Shown: positions 50,901 to 62,600 of the stretch, in pieces
Layout: every line of letters starts with the position of its first letter
Numbering within the stretch: position 1 is the stretch's first letter
Origin: Takakia lepidozioides
Lineage: Eukaryota > Plantae > Bryophyta
Reading direction: 5' to 3'
Length of the DNA stretch: 64,000 nucleotides
NCBI GenBank assembly: GCA_030704615.1
Contig: CM060732.1
Span: forward strand, 78,368,001-78,432,000
The notes under the pieces: model-generated
What the model saw: the letters and a program-made list of their open reading frames with translations, nothing else
Told to the model about the DNA's origin: nothing
Databases searched by the model: none
Made by a program: the position numbers and the translations under genes

Positions 50901-51335
50901 GTGATGAGCATTTTTGTGTACTGTGGGTGCTGGCATGTTTTGTAATGTTGTCACTAAACTCAATGGACACAATGGTGTCAATTTTTCCATGCACTGTGCA
51001 CTCGAGTCTGCTGAGCTTGAATGTGCGAGCAGTAACGCTGCCGAGGCTAGGACTGCTGGGTCTGGTACCTAGTCTAGGAGGCACCATGTCCATGAGTCCG
51101 CTGGGACGCTGGATTGGCATAAGTTGCAGGGATGAGGTGGAAGTGTGGTGAGCAGACTTTTGGAGTGGGCAACAGACTGACCAGCAGACTAGCTTACTGG
51201 CGCTCACCCAAGAGCAAGTTAGGTAATCCTCCATGAATGGTTCCCAGCGCCGTGCCACAACCGCGTACAATGAGGCCATCCTGCAGGTCAGGGTGAAGCA
51301 TCTTCAGGACACAGACCTAATGCTTGCACAAGTTT
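47950..51335 (+). pseudogene. Decayed spliced gene with QQT low-complexity repeats and a Cys-rich segment
   Basis: Candidate GT-AG exons (e.g. 49996-50436). 48-bp repeats encode QQTVQQT..SSQQIAP. Cys cluster RLCTSEDDIFRPCCKCGIDSQEMCG. In-frame TAG/TGA stops. Confidence 0.4.
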
Positions 51336-53487
51336 TGTCGCGCACCTCACTTCGGTAAGCTCCCCTTCAACTCATAGTTACTCGCTTTGATGCGCGCGCC
51401 TGACTCCCAACCTGGCCGCCCGGGCCAACTTGGAGCTTTGGCTGCTCACCGGGACATAACGGTCCCCCTTCGCTTCCCACTAAACCCTCCACCTATTTGG
51501 GACTAGGAGAATTCCCTTTGGTAGATGGCAGTCCGGAACAGCTCCCCACTCTTTGGTCGCTTTCCGACTCGCTCGCTTACTCACTAGTTTTTGGTCACCA
51601 ACGGGCTTGCACCGTTCTCGGAGTCACTACTCCCCTTATATATACTTCTGTAGCTGTCCGCGGGGGTTTCACAACCAGTCATGCCATTTTATGGCGAACC
51701 ACCACGAAAACCCTCGACTCCCGGTGATGAGTCGCGGTGAGTCTTGGCCCACTCACCACGGCCCCTATGGACCGTGATGAGTCCCAAGACTCCCTACGAC
51801 TCCCACCACGAGGTCTCCGCCCCCATGGTGAGTCCTATGCCACCCCCACTAAGTCCCGCTAAGCTACCACCACCCCTTGTGGAGCCACCCCCACCGCAAC
51901 CCGGTGTGCGGGCTCCACCTAGTGAGCGCCTCCGCTTCCCTGAGTGCCTTGGGCACTCAAGGGTGCTTCAGCCCCCCCCATACCTATCGCTGCCGCTGCC
52001 CCCACCACGGGCAGCCCCTCGTGTGTCCCGACCCCCCTGCCCTCAAGGCAAAGGGCCGCGACACACACCCCTACCAACAGGGAGTCGATGTCCTCATCGA
52101 CTTGTCCATTTTGTAGAAACGAACATCCAGTTGTGGCGTCCAACATCAAGGAGTTTGTTTCCGTACCATGGCATCCCATGGCAAAGAACCAAACCCCACA
52201 CTTGACTCTACTCTCCATAGCTAAAGTCCCGCCAAGGGTGGAGCCTCTCCAGCTCCTCCAGTGCACTCCTTGGCCTACTTCAAGGCCAAGGAACGATCCT
52301 CCCCGAGGATCAAATCGCCTTACTGCAACAACATTGCTTGCGATCGCTCATGATGTCGCTTTTGGCATCACCTTGAGCAAGGGTTCACCTGAACCCTCTT
52401 TGACTAGGAAGATAACCTTGAACCAACCGTGCGCCCCAATCACTACAATTGGGTCCGCCTTGGAATGCTGGACTGAGGTACGGGAACACGCCGAAGCCCA
52501 TTGTGACTTCGTCCCGAGGCTACACGATTATAGTACGTGAACGAAGCACGTAGCTTCCCGCGTTACCCGCACTACAAGGCAACCCCCTCGTAGCGCAGTT
52601 ATAGTACGCACGCGCCAGTGCGCACTAGCACGTGAACTCCCAAAGAAGGCGCAAGTTTCCTTGCCCCTTGGATGGGAGTCACCCGATTTTGGCACTGCGC
52701 AAACACACGATTAACCCATTTACCTCTCCCGCTTTGTAAGCTAGCATGCCTTCTACAACACTAGCCAACCATACCATGTGCGGCCCTTTGCCTTGAGGGC
52801 AGGGGGTCGGGACACATGAGGGGCTGCCCCTGTGGTGGGGGCAGCGGCAGCGATAGGTATGGGGGGGCTGAAGCACCCTTGAGTGCCCAAGGCACTCAGG
52901 AGCGGAGGCGCTCACTAGGTGGAGCCCCGCACACCGGGTTGCGGTGGGGTGGCTCCACAAGGGGTGGTAGCTTAGCGGGACTTAGTGGGGGTGGCATAGG
53001 ACTCACCATGGGGGCGAGACCTCGTGGTGGGAGTCGTGGGGAGTCTTGGGACTCATCACGGTCCATAGGGCCGTGGTGAGTGGGCCAAGACTCACCGCGA
53101 CTCATCACCGGGAGTCGAGGGTTTTCGTGGTGGTTCGCCATAAAATGGCATGGCTGGTTGTGAAACCCCCGCGGACAGCTACAGAAGTATATATAGGGGT
53201 AGTAACCCCGAGAACGGTGCAAGCCCGTTGGTGACCAAAAACTGTAAGCGAGCGAGCCGGAAAGCGACCAAAGAGTGGGGAGCTGTTTCCGGACTGCCAT
53301 CTACCAAAGGGAATTCCCTAGGCCCAAAGGTGGAGGGTTTAGTGGGAGAGCGAAGGGGGACCGTTATGTCCCGGTGAGCAGCCGAAGCTCCAAGTTGGCC
53401 CGGCGGCCAGTTGGGAGTCAGGCGCGCGCATCAAAGCGAGTAACTATGACTTGAAGGGGAGCTTACCGAAGTGAGGTGCGCGACACT

Positions 53488-53499
53488 TGGTATCAGAGC
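53488..53499 (+). promoter_or_regulatory. Primer-binding site complementary to initiator tRNA-Met
   Basis: TGGTATCAGAGC, 2 nt after the LTR end ...GCGACA. Confidence 0.93.
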
Positions 53500-53540
53500 T
53501 TAGAGTTCAGTACGCGATCGTCCTTGGGATTGGCCTCATC

Positions 53541-56500
53541 ATGGGGTCGGGCAAGCCAAGCGAAAGCGGAACGGCCCAAAAGATGATGATCCTGGTGAGC
53601 CCGATGGGGGCGACGTGTCACCGAGCGGCCGTTTGAGGAAGCGATGCAGGTTTCCGAAAACGAGGCCGCTCAAGAGCGGGAGGAATCCGAGGAGTCGGAG
53701 CCCGAGGAATCCTTGAGAGCTCGACAACCAACAGATGCCTCCCATGCCCCTTTTGGGAAGGGTTGTTGGCGCAGTTTGGCGGGACGTTGAAAGACGTGTT
53801 GAAGGCGGCTAATGCCACTTCCACTAAGGCAAAGTTTAAGGTGAAGCCTAAGGAACCCGGCACCTTCGAGGGCGTCCGAAATCGGAAGGCACTCAACACC
53901 TGGCTCTTGGAGCTAGAGCAGTACTTCCGGCGGCCAAGTTGAGTGACGAGGATCGGGTGGAAGTGGCTCCCACCTATTTGAGGGGCTATGCTCAACAATG
54001 GTGGCAGAAACGCCTTCACGACCGAGGTCCAAGCCCGGAAACCTTGAACTGGAGTGGGTTCAAGGAATTGATGAAGAGACAGTTTGTGCCCCTCGCGTCC
54101 TGGCTTGCCCGGGACAAGATGAGGAATTTGAAGCAAACAGATGACATTCGGGGATATGTCCAGGCTTTCAATGTGCTGTTGCTCGAAGTCGCGGACATGG
54201 CAGAACCAGAAATGGTCTTCAACTTTGTGGCGGGACTGGCCCCATGGGCCAGGCGGAAGTTGGAGGAGAAGCCACCCAAGACTTTGAACGAGGCAATTGA
54301 GAGGGCTGAATGTTTCTCGATGTCCCTAGGGGTGAAAGACAAGGCCGTACGGAGCTGAACCACAAGAAGACCCGGCGGGAAGGTGACTCCTTCCGACCGG
54401 AAAAGAAGTGGGATAGGCCACGCGGCGACAATGGCACGTGGAAATCGAAGGGAGGGCCTTCACACGTCAAGGCGGCACCCGGTGCTTCGAAAGGAAAAGC
54501 GGGTGGAGCGGCTTATGGCGGACAGAAGGCGACCTTTGATGGAGTGTGTTTCAATTGCGGGGAGCCCGGGCACATGGCCAAGAAGTGCACGAACCCGACA
54601 ATTGAACATGACTCGGGCAACCACGGAGCTGTCGGAAGATACCATCAGTCGCTTGGTGGAAGCGGTGGTCGCCAGGACTTGCAAGGTAGGCAACTATTCT
54701 TGTGAGTTGTATCAGGAAACTGGCGCCCTGCGTAAAGGGAGTCAGTTATTGTTCGTGGATGGGATAATATCCGGAACTAACGTGTCGTTGTTGGTGGACA
54801 CAGGAGCGTCGCACTCCTTCATGACGCCGGCGGCGGCGCGAAAGTTGGGACTCCCGACAAGTGACGTGGGGGCCTCTATTGAGGTGCGTTCTGCCAAAGG
54901 AGAACCACAGTTGGCGACAAGGTTGGCGTTTGATGTTCCTCTTCAACTGGGGAGTTGGGAGGGACGTGAGAACTTCACCATCTGCGAGATCGATGGAGTG
55001 GATCTCATTTTGGGGATGACCTTTTTGAGCAAATCCGGAGCGGTCATAGATGGCCGCAAGAGAGTAGTCACGCTGCCATGTGGGAATGGTGGCGAGGTTT
55101 ACGAGTGTCGGAAACGCCCAAATCCGTGGGAGGGCGAATAAACCTTCTGTCAGCAAGGGAGTGGGCCGTGGAGGAGGCACACGAGCCCCAGTTTTTGCTT
55201 TACATTAGAGAAGTGAAGGGAGAAGGCGATGGGAGCCGAGCCCAGATTGGATCAAGGGGATTTTGGAGAAATACCAGGATGTGATGCCGGAGGATTTACC
55301 AAGCGGCTTGCCACCGCGAAGAGGAGTTGACCACAAGATTGAGGTGATACCGGGATCGGAACCGCCTGCCAAGGCGCCCTACCGGTTGAGCCACAGAGAG
55401 TTGGTCGAGCTGAAGACTCAGCTCAAGGATCTAATGTCAAAGGGGTACATCCGGCCGAGTAAGTCACCTTACGGAGCCCCGGTGCTATTTGCAGACAAGA
55501 AGGATGGGACGCTGCGGATGTGTGTCGATTACAGGGCTCTGAATAAGGTGACTATCAAAAACCGGTACCCTTTGCCAAGGATCGACGACCTCTTCGATCG
55601 GTTGGCAGGAGCGAAGTATTTCAGCCGGATCGACTTGCGCTCCGGCTATCATCAAATTCGGGTGGCGGAAGGAGATGAGGAGAAGACCGCGTGCAGGACA
55701 AGGTATGGTTCATATGAGTTCTTGGTGATGCCTTTTGGGCTCACCAATGCACCAGCGACATTTAGCACGCTGATGAACAGCCTTTTCCAGGAGTGGTTGG
55801 ATGACTTTGTGATCGTGTACATCGACGACATCTTGGTGTACTCGAAAACAAAGGAGGAGCACCTGGAGCACCTCAAAAGGGTGTTCCAAAAATTGCGGGA
55901 AGGGAAGCTGTATGCCAAAGCTTCAAAGTGCGAATTCGGGGTCACAAAAGTGGAGTTCCTGGGGCATGTGATTACACAGGATGGGATCAAATGGATGACA
56001 GAAAGGTGAGGGCGATCTTGGACTGGGAGCCTCCGACTTCGGTCCCGGGAGTGCGATCCTTCCTAGGACTCGCCTCCTATTACCGGAAGTATGTGAGAAA
56101 TTTCGCCAAGATCGCGGGGCCGCTGTCAGACCTTCTGTGTAAATCCAAAGTCTGGGTATGGAACACCTTTTGTGGCCAAGCTTTTGCTGAATTGAAGCAG
56201 CGGATGGCGGAAGCTCCAGTCTTGAAAATCCCGGAGTTCGATCGTCCGTTTGAGATTCATACAGATGCGTCGGACTTCGCGATTGGGGGTGTACTGATGC
56301 AAGATGGACGTCCAGTGGCTTACGAAAGTAAGAAACTGAATGAAGTGGAGCGACGGTGGCCGACGCACGAGAAAGAGATGAAGGCGGTGGTGCACTGTCT
56401 TGAGCTTTGGCGCCACTATGTTGGTTCCAACCCAGTGAAGGTGTTCACGGACAATGTCACGGTGAAGTATTTTGCCACGCAGCCCAAGTTGTCCCCAAAA

Positions 56501-58131
56501 CAACTTAGGTGGCAAGATACTTTGGCGGTGTTCGACGTGGATATCCAGTACAAACCGGGACGAGACAACGTGGTGGCCGATGCTTTAAGTAGAAAGCAGC
56601 AGCTCTTGTTGGTGTACAAGGGCGAGACGGCGCTCCAAAGGAAGATCCGGAAGGCTTGCCGGAAGGATGAGCTGGCGAAGTCCGTGATGCAGGACTTGAG
56701 GATGGGGGTTAAATCGCAGTTCCACTTGCAAAATGGACTGCTCCGGTATAAGCAAAAGCGTCTCTACGTGCCGAAGGGAGGGATCAGAGATAGCCTCTTG
56801 AGAGAATGCCATGATAGCCCGCTTGCGGGCCACGGCGGAGCCAAGCGCACTGCGGCACTCTTGAAGAAAGAGTATTTCTGGCCCAAACTGAGGGAGGAGG
56901 CAGAGGAGTATGTCAAGACATGCACCACATGCCAACAAAACCGGAGCGAGTACAAAAAGCAAGCGGGGCTGTTACAACCCTTGCCGATTCCAGAGGGGAC
57001 TTGGGAAAGCGTCTCGATGGATTTCATGACTGCTATGCCGCTGTCAAAAGGATTCGATGCAATCATGGTGGTGGTGGATAGGTTCAGTAAAATGGGCCAT
57101 TTCATCCCCACCAAGGAGACGGCAACGGCGCAGGAGACAGGGCGACTTTACTTTCGCCCACGTCTTAAAGCATCATGGAGTCCCGAAGGATATTGTCTCG
57201 GACCGCGATCCAAAGTTTACGAGTAAATTTTGGAGGGCACTTTGGAAGAAGATGGGGACGAGGCTGAAGATGAGCACCGCCTTCCGACCTACGACCGACG
57301 GCCAAACAGAAAGAGTGAATTCCGTAGTGAAGCTCTTGCGGAATTACGTGTCGGCAGACCAAACAGACTGGGTGGAACACTTAGACGCGGCAGAGTTCTG
57401 TTATAATAACACAGAACACTCCGCAACGGGAGTTTCCCCTTTCGTATTGGTCTATGGAAAAGCACCTCTGGTGCCGACAAGTTGGGCCGCCCAGGACGTT
57501 GAGGAACCGGCAGTAGCGGCGGTACTGGAAGAACGCGAGCGTTTGTTGAAGCTCGCAAAGTACAACATTGCCAAAGCTAGGAAACGGTATGAAAGGCAGG
57601 CGAATCGGAAGCGGAGGGAAGTGAAGTTTGAGGCAGGAGGTCTGGTTGAACATCAAGAATTTCCGACTACCTCCGGAAGTGAGTCCGAAGTTCGTACCTC
57701 CGTATGCGGGACCCTTTCGCATTCGGAAGGTTATGAATGAGGATGTGTATGAATTGGAGCTGCCGGCAAACAGCAAGGTGCACCCAGTATTCCATGTCTC
57801 CCTTTTGAAGCCTTACTTCAAAGATGAAGCGCGTCCGAATCGGCATCAAGTGTTGCGTCCGCCACCTATGCTGTTGGATCATGAAAATGAACCTGAGTAC
57901 GAGGTGGAGGCAATACTTAAGTCGAGGAGGTTCAAGAACCGAGAAACGGAGTATCTCGTCAAATGGAAGGGCTATCATCATGTGGAGGCATCTTGGGTGC
58001 GTGCCTCAGAAATGGAAACGCATCCGAGGCGGTTGCAGCTTTCGAAGGGCGACCTCAAAAGCGGAAGAAGCGTTGATGGGGACATCAACCTTGGAGCGTG
58101 GGGGAGGAAATGCATGCTTAGCCCGGCTTAG
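53541..58131 (+). pseudogene. gag-pol polyprotein of copy B (apparent frameshifts)
   Basis: [74 protein letters not shown], chromodomain EYEVEAILKSR..YLVKWKGY..ASW. Confidence 0.93.
58100..58110 (+). promoter_or_regulatory. Polypurine tract of copy B
   Basis: GGGGGAGGAAA immediately before the LTR start TGCATGC. The same sequence is on the minus strand at 59790-59800. Confidence 0.85.
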
Positions 58132-59687
58132 CTAGCTTAGGAATCCGATTGCAAAAACTTGTATTGTACAAAACGTTGTATAAATGAAATGGGTTCCAAA
58201 TGTTGTGCGTCCTATTTTGTTTGGAATGGTGATGCATGGTATGGTTGGCTAGTGTGTAGAATGCATGCTAGCTTATAAAAGTGGGAGAGGTAAATTGGGT
58301 TAATCGTGTGTTTGCGTAGTGCCGAAATCGGGTGACCCCATCCAAGGGGCAAGGAAACTTGCGCCTTCTTTGGGAGTTCACGTGCTAGTGCGCACCTGGC
58401 GCGTGCGCGTACTATAACTGCGCTACCGAGGGGGTTGCCTTGTAGTGCGGGCTAACGCGGAAGCTACGTGCTTCCGTTCACGTACTATAATCGTGTAGCC
58501 TCGGGACGAAGTCGTAGTGCGGCTTCGGCGTGTTCCCGTACCTCAGGCCAGCATTCCAAGGCGGACCCAATGTAGTGATTGGGGCGCACGGTTGGTTCAA
58601 GGTTATCTTCCTAGTCAAAGAGGGTTCCAGGTGAACCCTTGCTCAAGGTGATGCCAAAAGCGGCATCATGAGCGGTCGCAAGCAATGTTGTTGCAGTAAG
58701 GCGATTCGATCCTCGGGGAGGATCGTTCCTTGGCCTTGAAGTAGGCCAAGAAGAGTGCACTGGGAGGAGCTGGAGAGGCTCCACCCTTGGCCGGGACTTG
58801 GAGGAAGTCGGCCGAACTAGCTAGTGGAGAGTAGAGTCAAGTGTGGGGTTTGGTTCTTTGCCATGGGACGCCATGGTACGGAAACAACTCCTTGATGTGG
58901 GACGCCACAACTTGGATGTTCGTTTCTACAAAATGGACAAGTCGATGAGGACATCGACTCCCTGTTGGTAGGGGTGTGTGTCGCGGCCCTTTGCCTTGAG
59001 GGCAGGGGGTCGGACACATGAGGGGCTGCCCCTGTGGTGGGGGCAGCGGCAGCGATAGGTATGGGGGGCTGAAGCACCCTTGAGTGCCCAAGGCACTCAA
59101 GGAGGCGGAGGCGCTCACTAGGTGGAGCCCGCACACCGGGTTGCGGTGGGGGTGGCTCCACAAGGGGTGGTGGTAGCTTAGCGGGACTTAGTGGGGGTGG
59201 CATAGGACTCACCATGGGGGGAGACCTCGTGGTGGGAGTCGTGGGGAGTCTTGGGACTCATCACGGTCCATAGGGGCCGTGGTGCCAAGACTCACCGCGA
59301 CTCATCACCGGGAGTCGAGGGTTTTCGTGGTGGTTCGCCATAAATGGCATGGCTGGTTGTGAAACCCCCGCGGACAGCTACAGAAGTATATATAGGGAGT
59401 AGTAACCCCGAGAACGGTGCAAGCCCGTTGGTGACCAAAAACTAGTGAGTAAGCGAGCGAGCCGGAAAGCGACCAAAGAGTGGGGAGCTGTTCCGGACTG
59501 CCATCTACCAAAGGGAATTCCCTAGGCCCAAAGGGTGGAGGGTTTAGTGGGAGAGCGAGGGGGACCGTTATGTCCCGGTGAGCAGCCGAAGCTCCAAGTT
59601 GGCCCGGCGGCCAGGTTGGGAGTCAGGCGCGCGCATCAAAGCGAGTAACTATGACTTGAAGGGAGCTTACCGAAGTGAGGTGCGACA
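58111..59687 (+). repeat. Complete 3' LTR of copy B (~1.58 kb)
   Basis: Its 3' part matches 52781-53485 directly, and it matches 51336-52778 in reverse complement. Confidence 0.92.
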
Positions 59688-62600
59688 GCATTCCAAACAA
59701 AATAGGAAGCACAACATTTGAAGCAAATTTTGTACAATACAAGTTTTTGCAATTGGATTCCTAGCTAGCTAAGCCGGGCTAAGCATGCATTTCCTCCCCC
59801 ACGCTCCAAGGTTGATGTCCCCGTCAACGCTTCTTCCGCTTTTGAGGTCGCCCTTCGAAAGCTGGCCTCGGATGCGTTTCCCATTTCTGAGGCACGCACC
59901 CAAGATGCCTCCACATGATGATAGCCCTTCCATTTGACGAGATACTCCGTTTCTCGGTTCCTGAACCTCCTCGACTTAAGTATTGCCTCCACCTCGTATT
60001 CAGGTTCATTTTCATGATCCAACAGCATAGGTGGTGGACGCAACACTTGATGCCGATTCGGACGCGCTTCATCTTTGAAGTAAGGCTTCAAAAGGGATAC
60101 ATGAATATTGGGTGCACCTTACTGTTTGCCGGCAGCTCCAATTCATACACATCCTCATTCATAACCTTCCGAATGCGAAAGGGTCCCGCATACGGAGGTA
60201 CGAACTTCGGACTCACTTCCGGAGGTAGTCGGAAATTCTTGATGTTCAACCAGTCTGTTCCTCCGTTTCCGATTCGCCTGCCTTTCATACCGTTTTCCTA
60301 GCTTTGGCAATGTTGTACTTTGCGAGCTTCAACAAAGCTCGCGTTCTTCCAGCCGCTACTGCCGGTTCCTCAACGTCCTGGGCGGCCCAACTTGTCGGCA
60401 CCAGAGGTGCTTTTCCATAGACCAATACGAAAGGGGAAACTCCCGTTGCGGAGTGTTCTGTGTTATTATAACAGAACTCTGCCGCGTCTAAGTGTTCCAC
60501 CCAGTCTGTTTGGTCTGCCGACACGTAATTCCGCAAGATCTGCTTCACTACGGAATTCACTCTTTCTGTTTGGCCGTCGGTCGTAGGTCGGAAGGCGGTG
60601 CTCATCTTCAGCCTCGTCCCCATCTTCTTCCAAAGTGCCCTCCAAAATTTACTCGTAAACTTTGGATCGCGGTCCGAGACAATATCCTTCGGGACTCCAT
60701 GATGCTTTAAGACGTGGGCGAAGTAAAGTCGCCCTGTCTCCTGCGCCGTTGCCGTCTCCTTGGTGGGGATGAAATGGCCCATTTTACTGAACCTATCCAC
60801 CACCCATGATTGCATCGAATCCTTTTGACAGCGGCATAGCAGTCATGAAATCCATCGAGACGCTTTCCCAAGTCCCCTCTGGAATCGGCAAGGGTTGTAA
60901 CAGCCCCGCTTGTTTTTTGTACTCGCTCCGGTTTTGTTGGCATGTGGTGCATGTCTTGACATACTCCTCTGCCTCCTCCCTCAGTTTGGGCCAGAAATAC
61001 TCTTTCTTCAAGAGTGCCGCAGTGCGCTTGCTCCGCCGTGGCCCGCAAGCGGGCTATCATGGCATTCTCTCAAGAGGCTATCTCTGATCCCTCCCTTTGG
61101 CACGTAGAGACGTTTTTGCTTATACCGGAGTAGCCATTTTGCAAGTGGAACTGCGATTTAACCCCCATCCTCAAGTCCTGCATCACGGACTTCGCCAGCT
61201 CATCCTTCCGGCAAGCCTTCCGGATCTTCCTTTGGAGTGTCGTCTCGCCCTGTACACCAACAAGAGCTGCTGCTTTCTACTTAAAGCATCGGCCACCACA
61301 TTGTCCCGTCCCGGTTTGTACTGGATATCCACGTCGAACACCGCCAAAGTATCTTGCCACCTAAGTTGTTTTGGGGGACAACTTGGGCTGCGTGGCAAAT
61401 ACTTCACTGTGACATTGTCCGTGAACACCTTCACTGGGTTGGAACCAACATAGTGGCGCCAAAGCTCAAGGCAATGCACTGTCATTGGGGGGCGGGTGGG
61501 AAAGCCACGTCCATCTTGCATAAGTACACCCCAATTGCGAAGTCCGACGCATCTGTATGAATCTCAAATGGACGATCGAACTCCGGGATTTTCAAGACTA
61601 GAGCTTCCGCCATCCGCTGCTTCAATTCAGCAAAAGCTTGGCCACAAAATGTATTCCATACCCAGACTTTGGATTTACACAGAAGGTCGACAGAATCTTG
61701 GCGAAATTTCTCACATACTTCCGGTAATAGGAGGCGAGTCCTAGGAAGGATCGCACTCCCGGGACCGAAGTCGGAGGCTCCCAGTCCAAGATCGCCCTCA
61801 CCTTTCTGTCATCCATTTTGATCCATCCTGTGTAATCACATGCCCCAAGAACTCCACTTTCGTGACCCCGAATTCGCACTTTGAAGCTTTGGCATACAGC
61901 TTCCCTTCTCGCAATTTTTGGAACACCCTTTTGAGGTGCTCCAGGTGCTCCTCCTTTGTTTTCGAGTACACCAAGATGTCGTCGATGTACACGATCACAA
62001 AGTCATCCAACCACTCCTGAAAAAGGCTGTTCATCAGCGTGCTAAATGTCGCTGGTGCATTGGTGAGCCCAAAAGGCATCACCAAGAACTCATATGAACC
62101 ATACCTTGTCCTGCACGCGGTCTCCTCTCATCTCCTTCCACCACCCGAATTTGATGATAGCCGGAGCGCAAGTCGATCCGGCTGAAATACTTCGCTCCTG
62201 CCAACCGATCGAAGAGGTCGTCGATCCTTGGCAAAGGGTACCGGTTTTTATAGTCACCTTATTCAAGCCCTGTAATCGACACACATCCGCAGCGTCCCAT
62301 CCTTCTTGTCTGCGAATAGCACCGGGGCTCCGTAAGGTGACTTACTCGGCCGGATGTACCCCTTTGACATTAGATCCTTGAGCTGAGTCTTCAGCTCGAC
62401 CAACTCCCTGTGGCTCAACGGTAGGGTGCCTTGGCAGGTGGTTCCGATCCCGGTATCACCTCAATCTTGTGGTCAACTCCTCTTCGCGGTGGCAAGCCGC
62501 TTGGTAAATCCTCCGGCATCACATCCTGGTATTTCTCCAAAATCCCCTTGATCCAATCTGGGCTCGGCTCCCCATCGCCTTCTCCCTTCACTTCTCTAAT

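Larger units (their letters stand above)
43290..51335. mobile_element. Unclassified large repetitive element carrying decayed ORFs on both strands; cut on the right by the gypsy insertion
   Basis: Pervasive CAGTC(T/C)G motif, an internal tandem array, a Zn-finger-like ORF, Q/T-rich repeats and in-frame stops. No transposase or terminus recognised; boundaries are approximate. Confidence 0.45.
52779..59687 (+). mobile_element. Ty3/gypsy chromovirus, copy B (Galadriel-like by resemblance), nested inside the copy A LTR
   Basis: Truncated 5' LTR 52779-53485, tRNA-iMet PBS, gag-pol, PPT, and complete 3' LTR 58111-59687 (TG...CA). Confidence 0.95.

Noticed and set aside
50740-50945. Ulp1/SUMO protease domain
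   Set aside because: Only a vague resemblance; the catalytic H and QxxxxxCG motifs cannot be identified.
51497-53377. Pro-rich or Gly-rich ORFs in the ORF track
   Set aside because: They lie within GC-rich LTR sequence and their frames differ between LTR copies.
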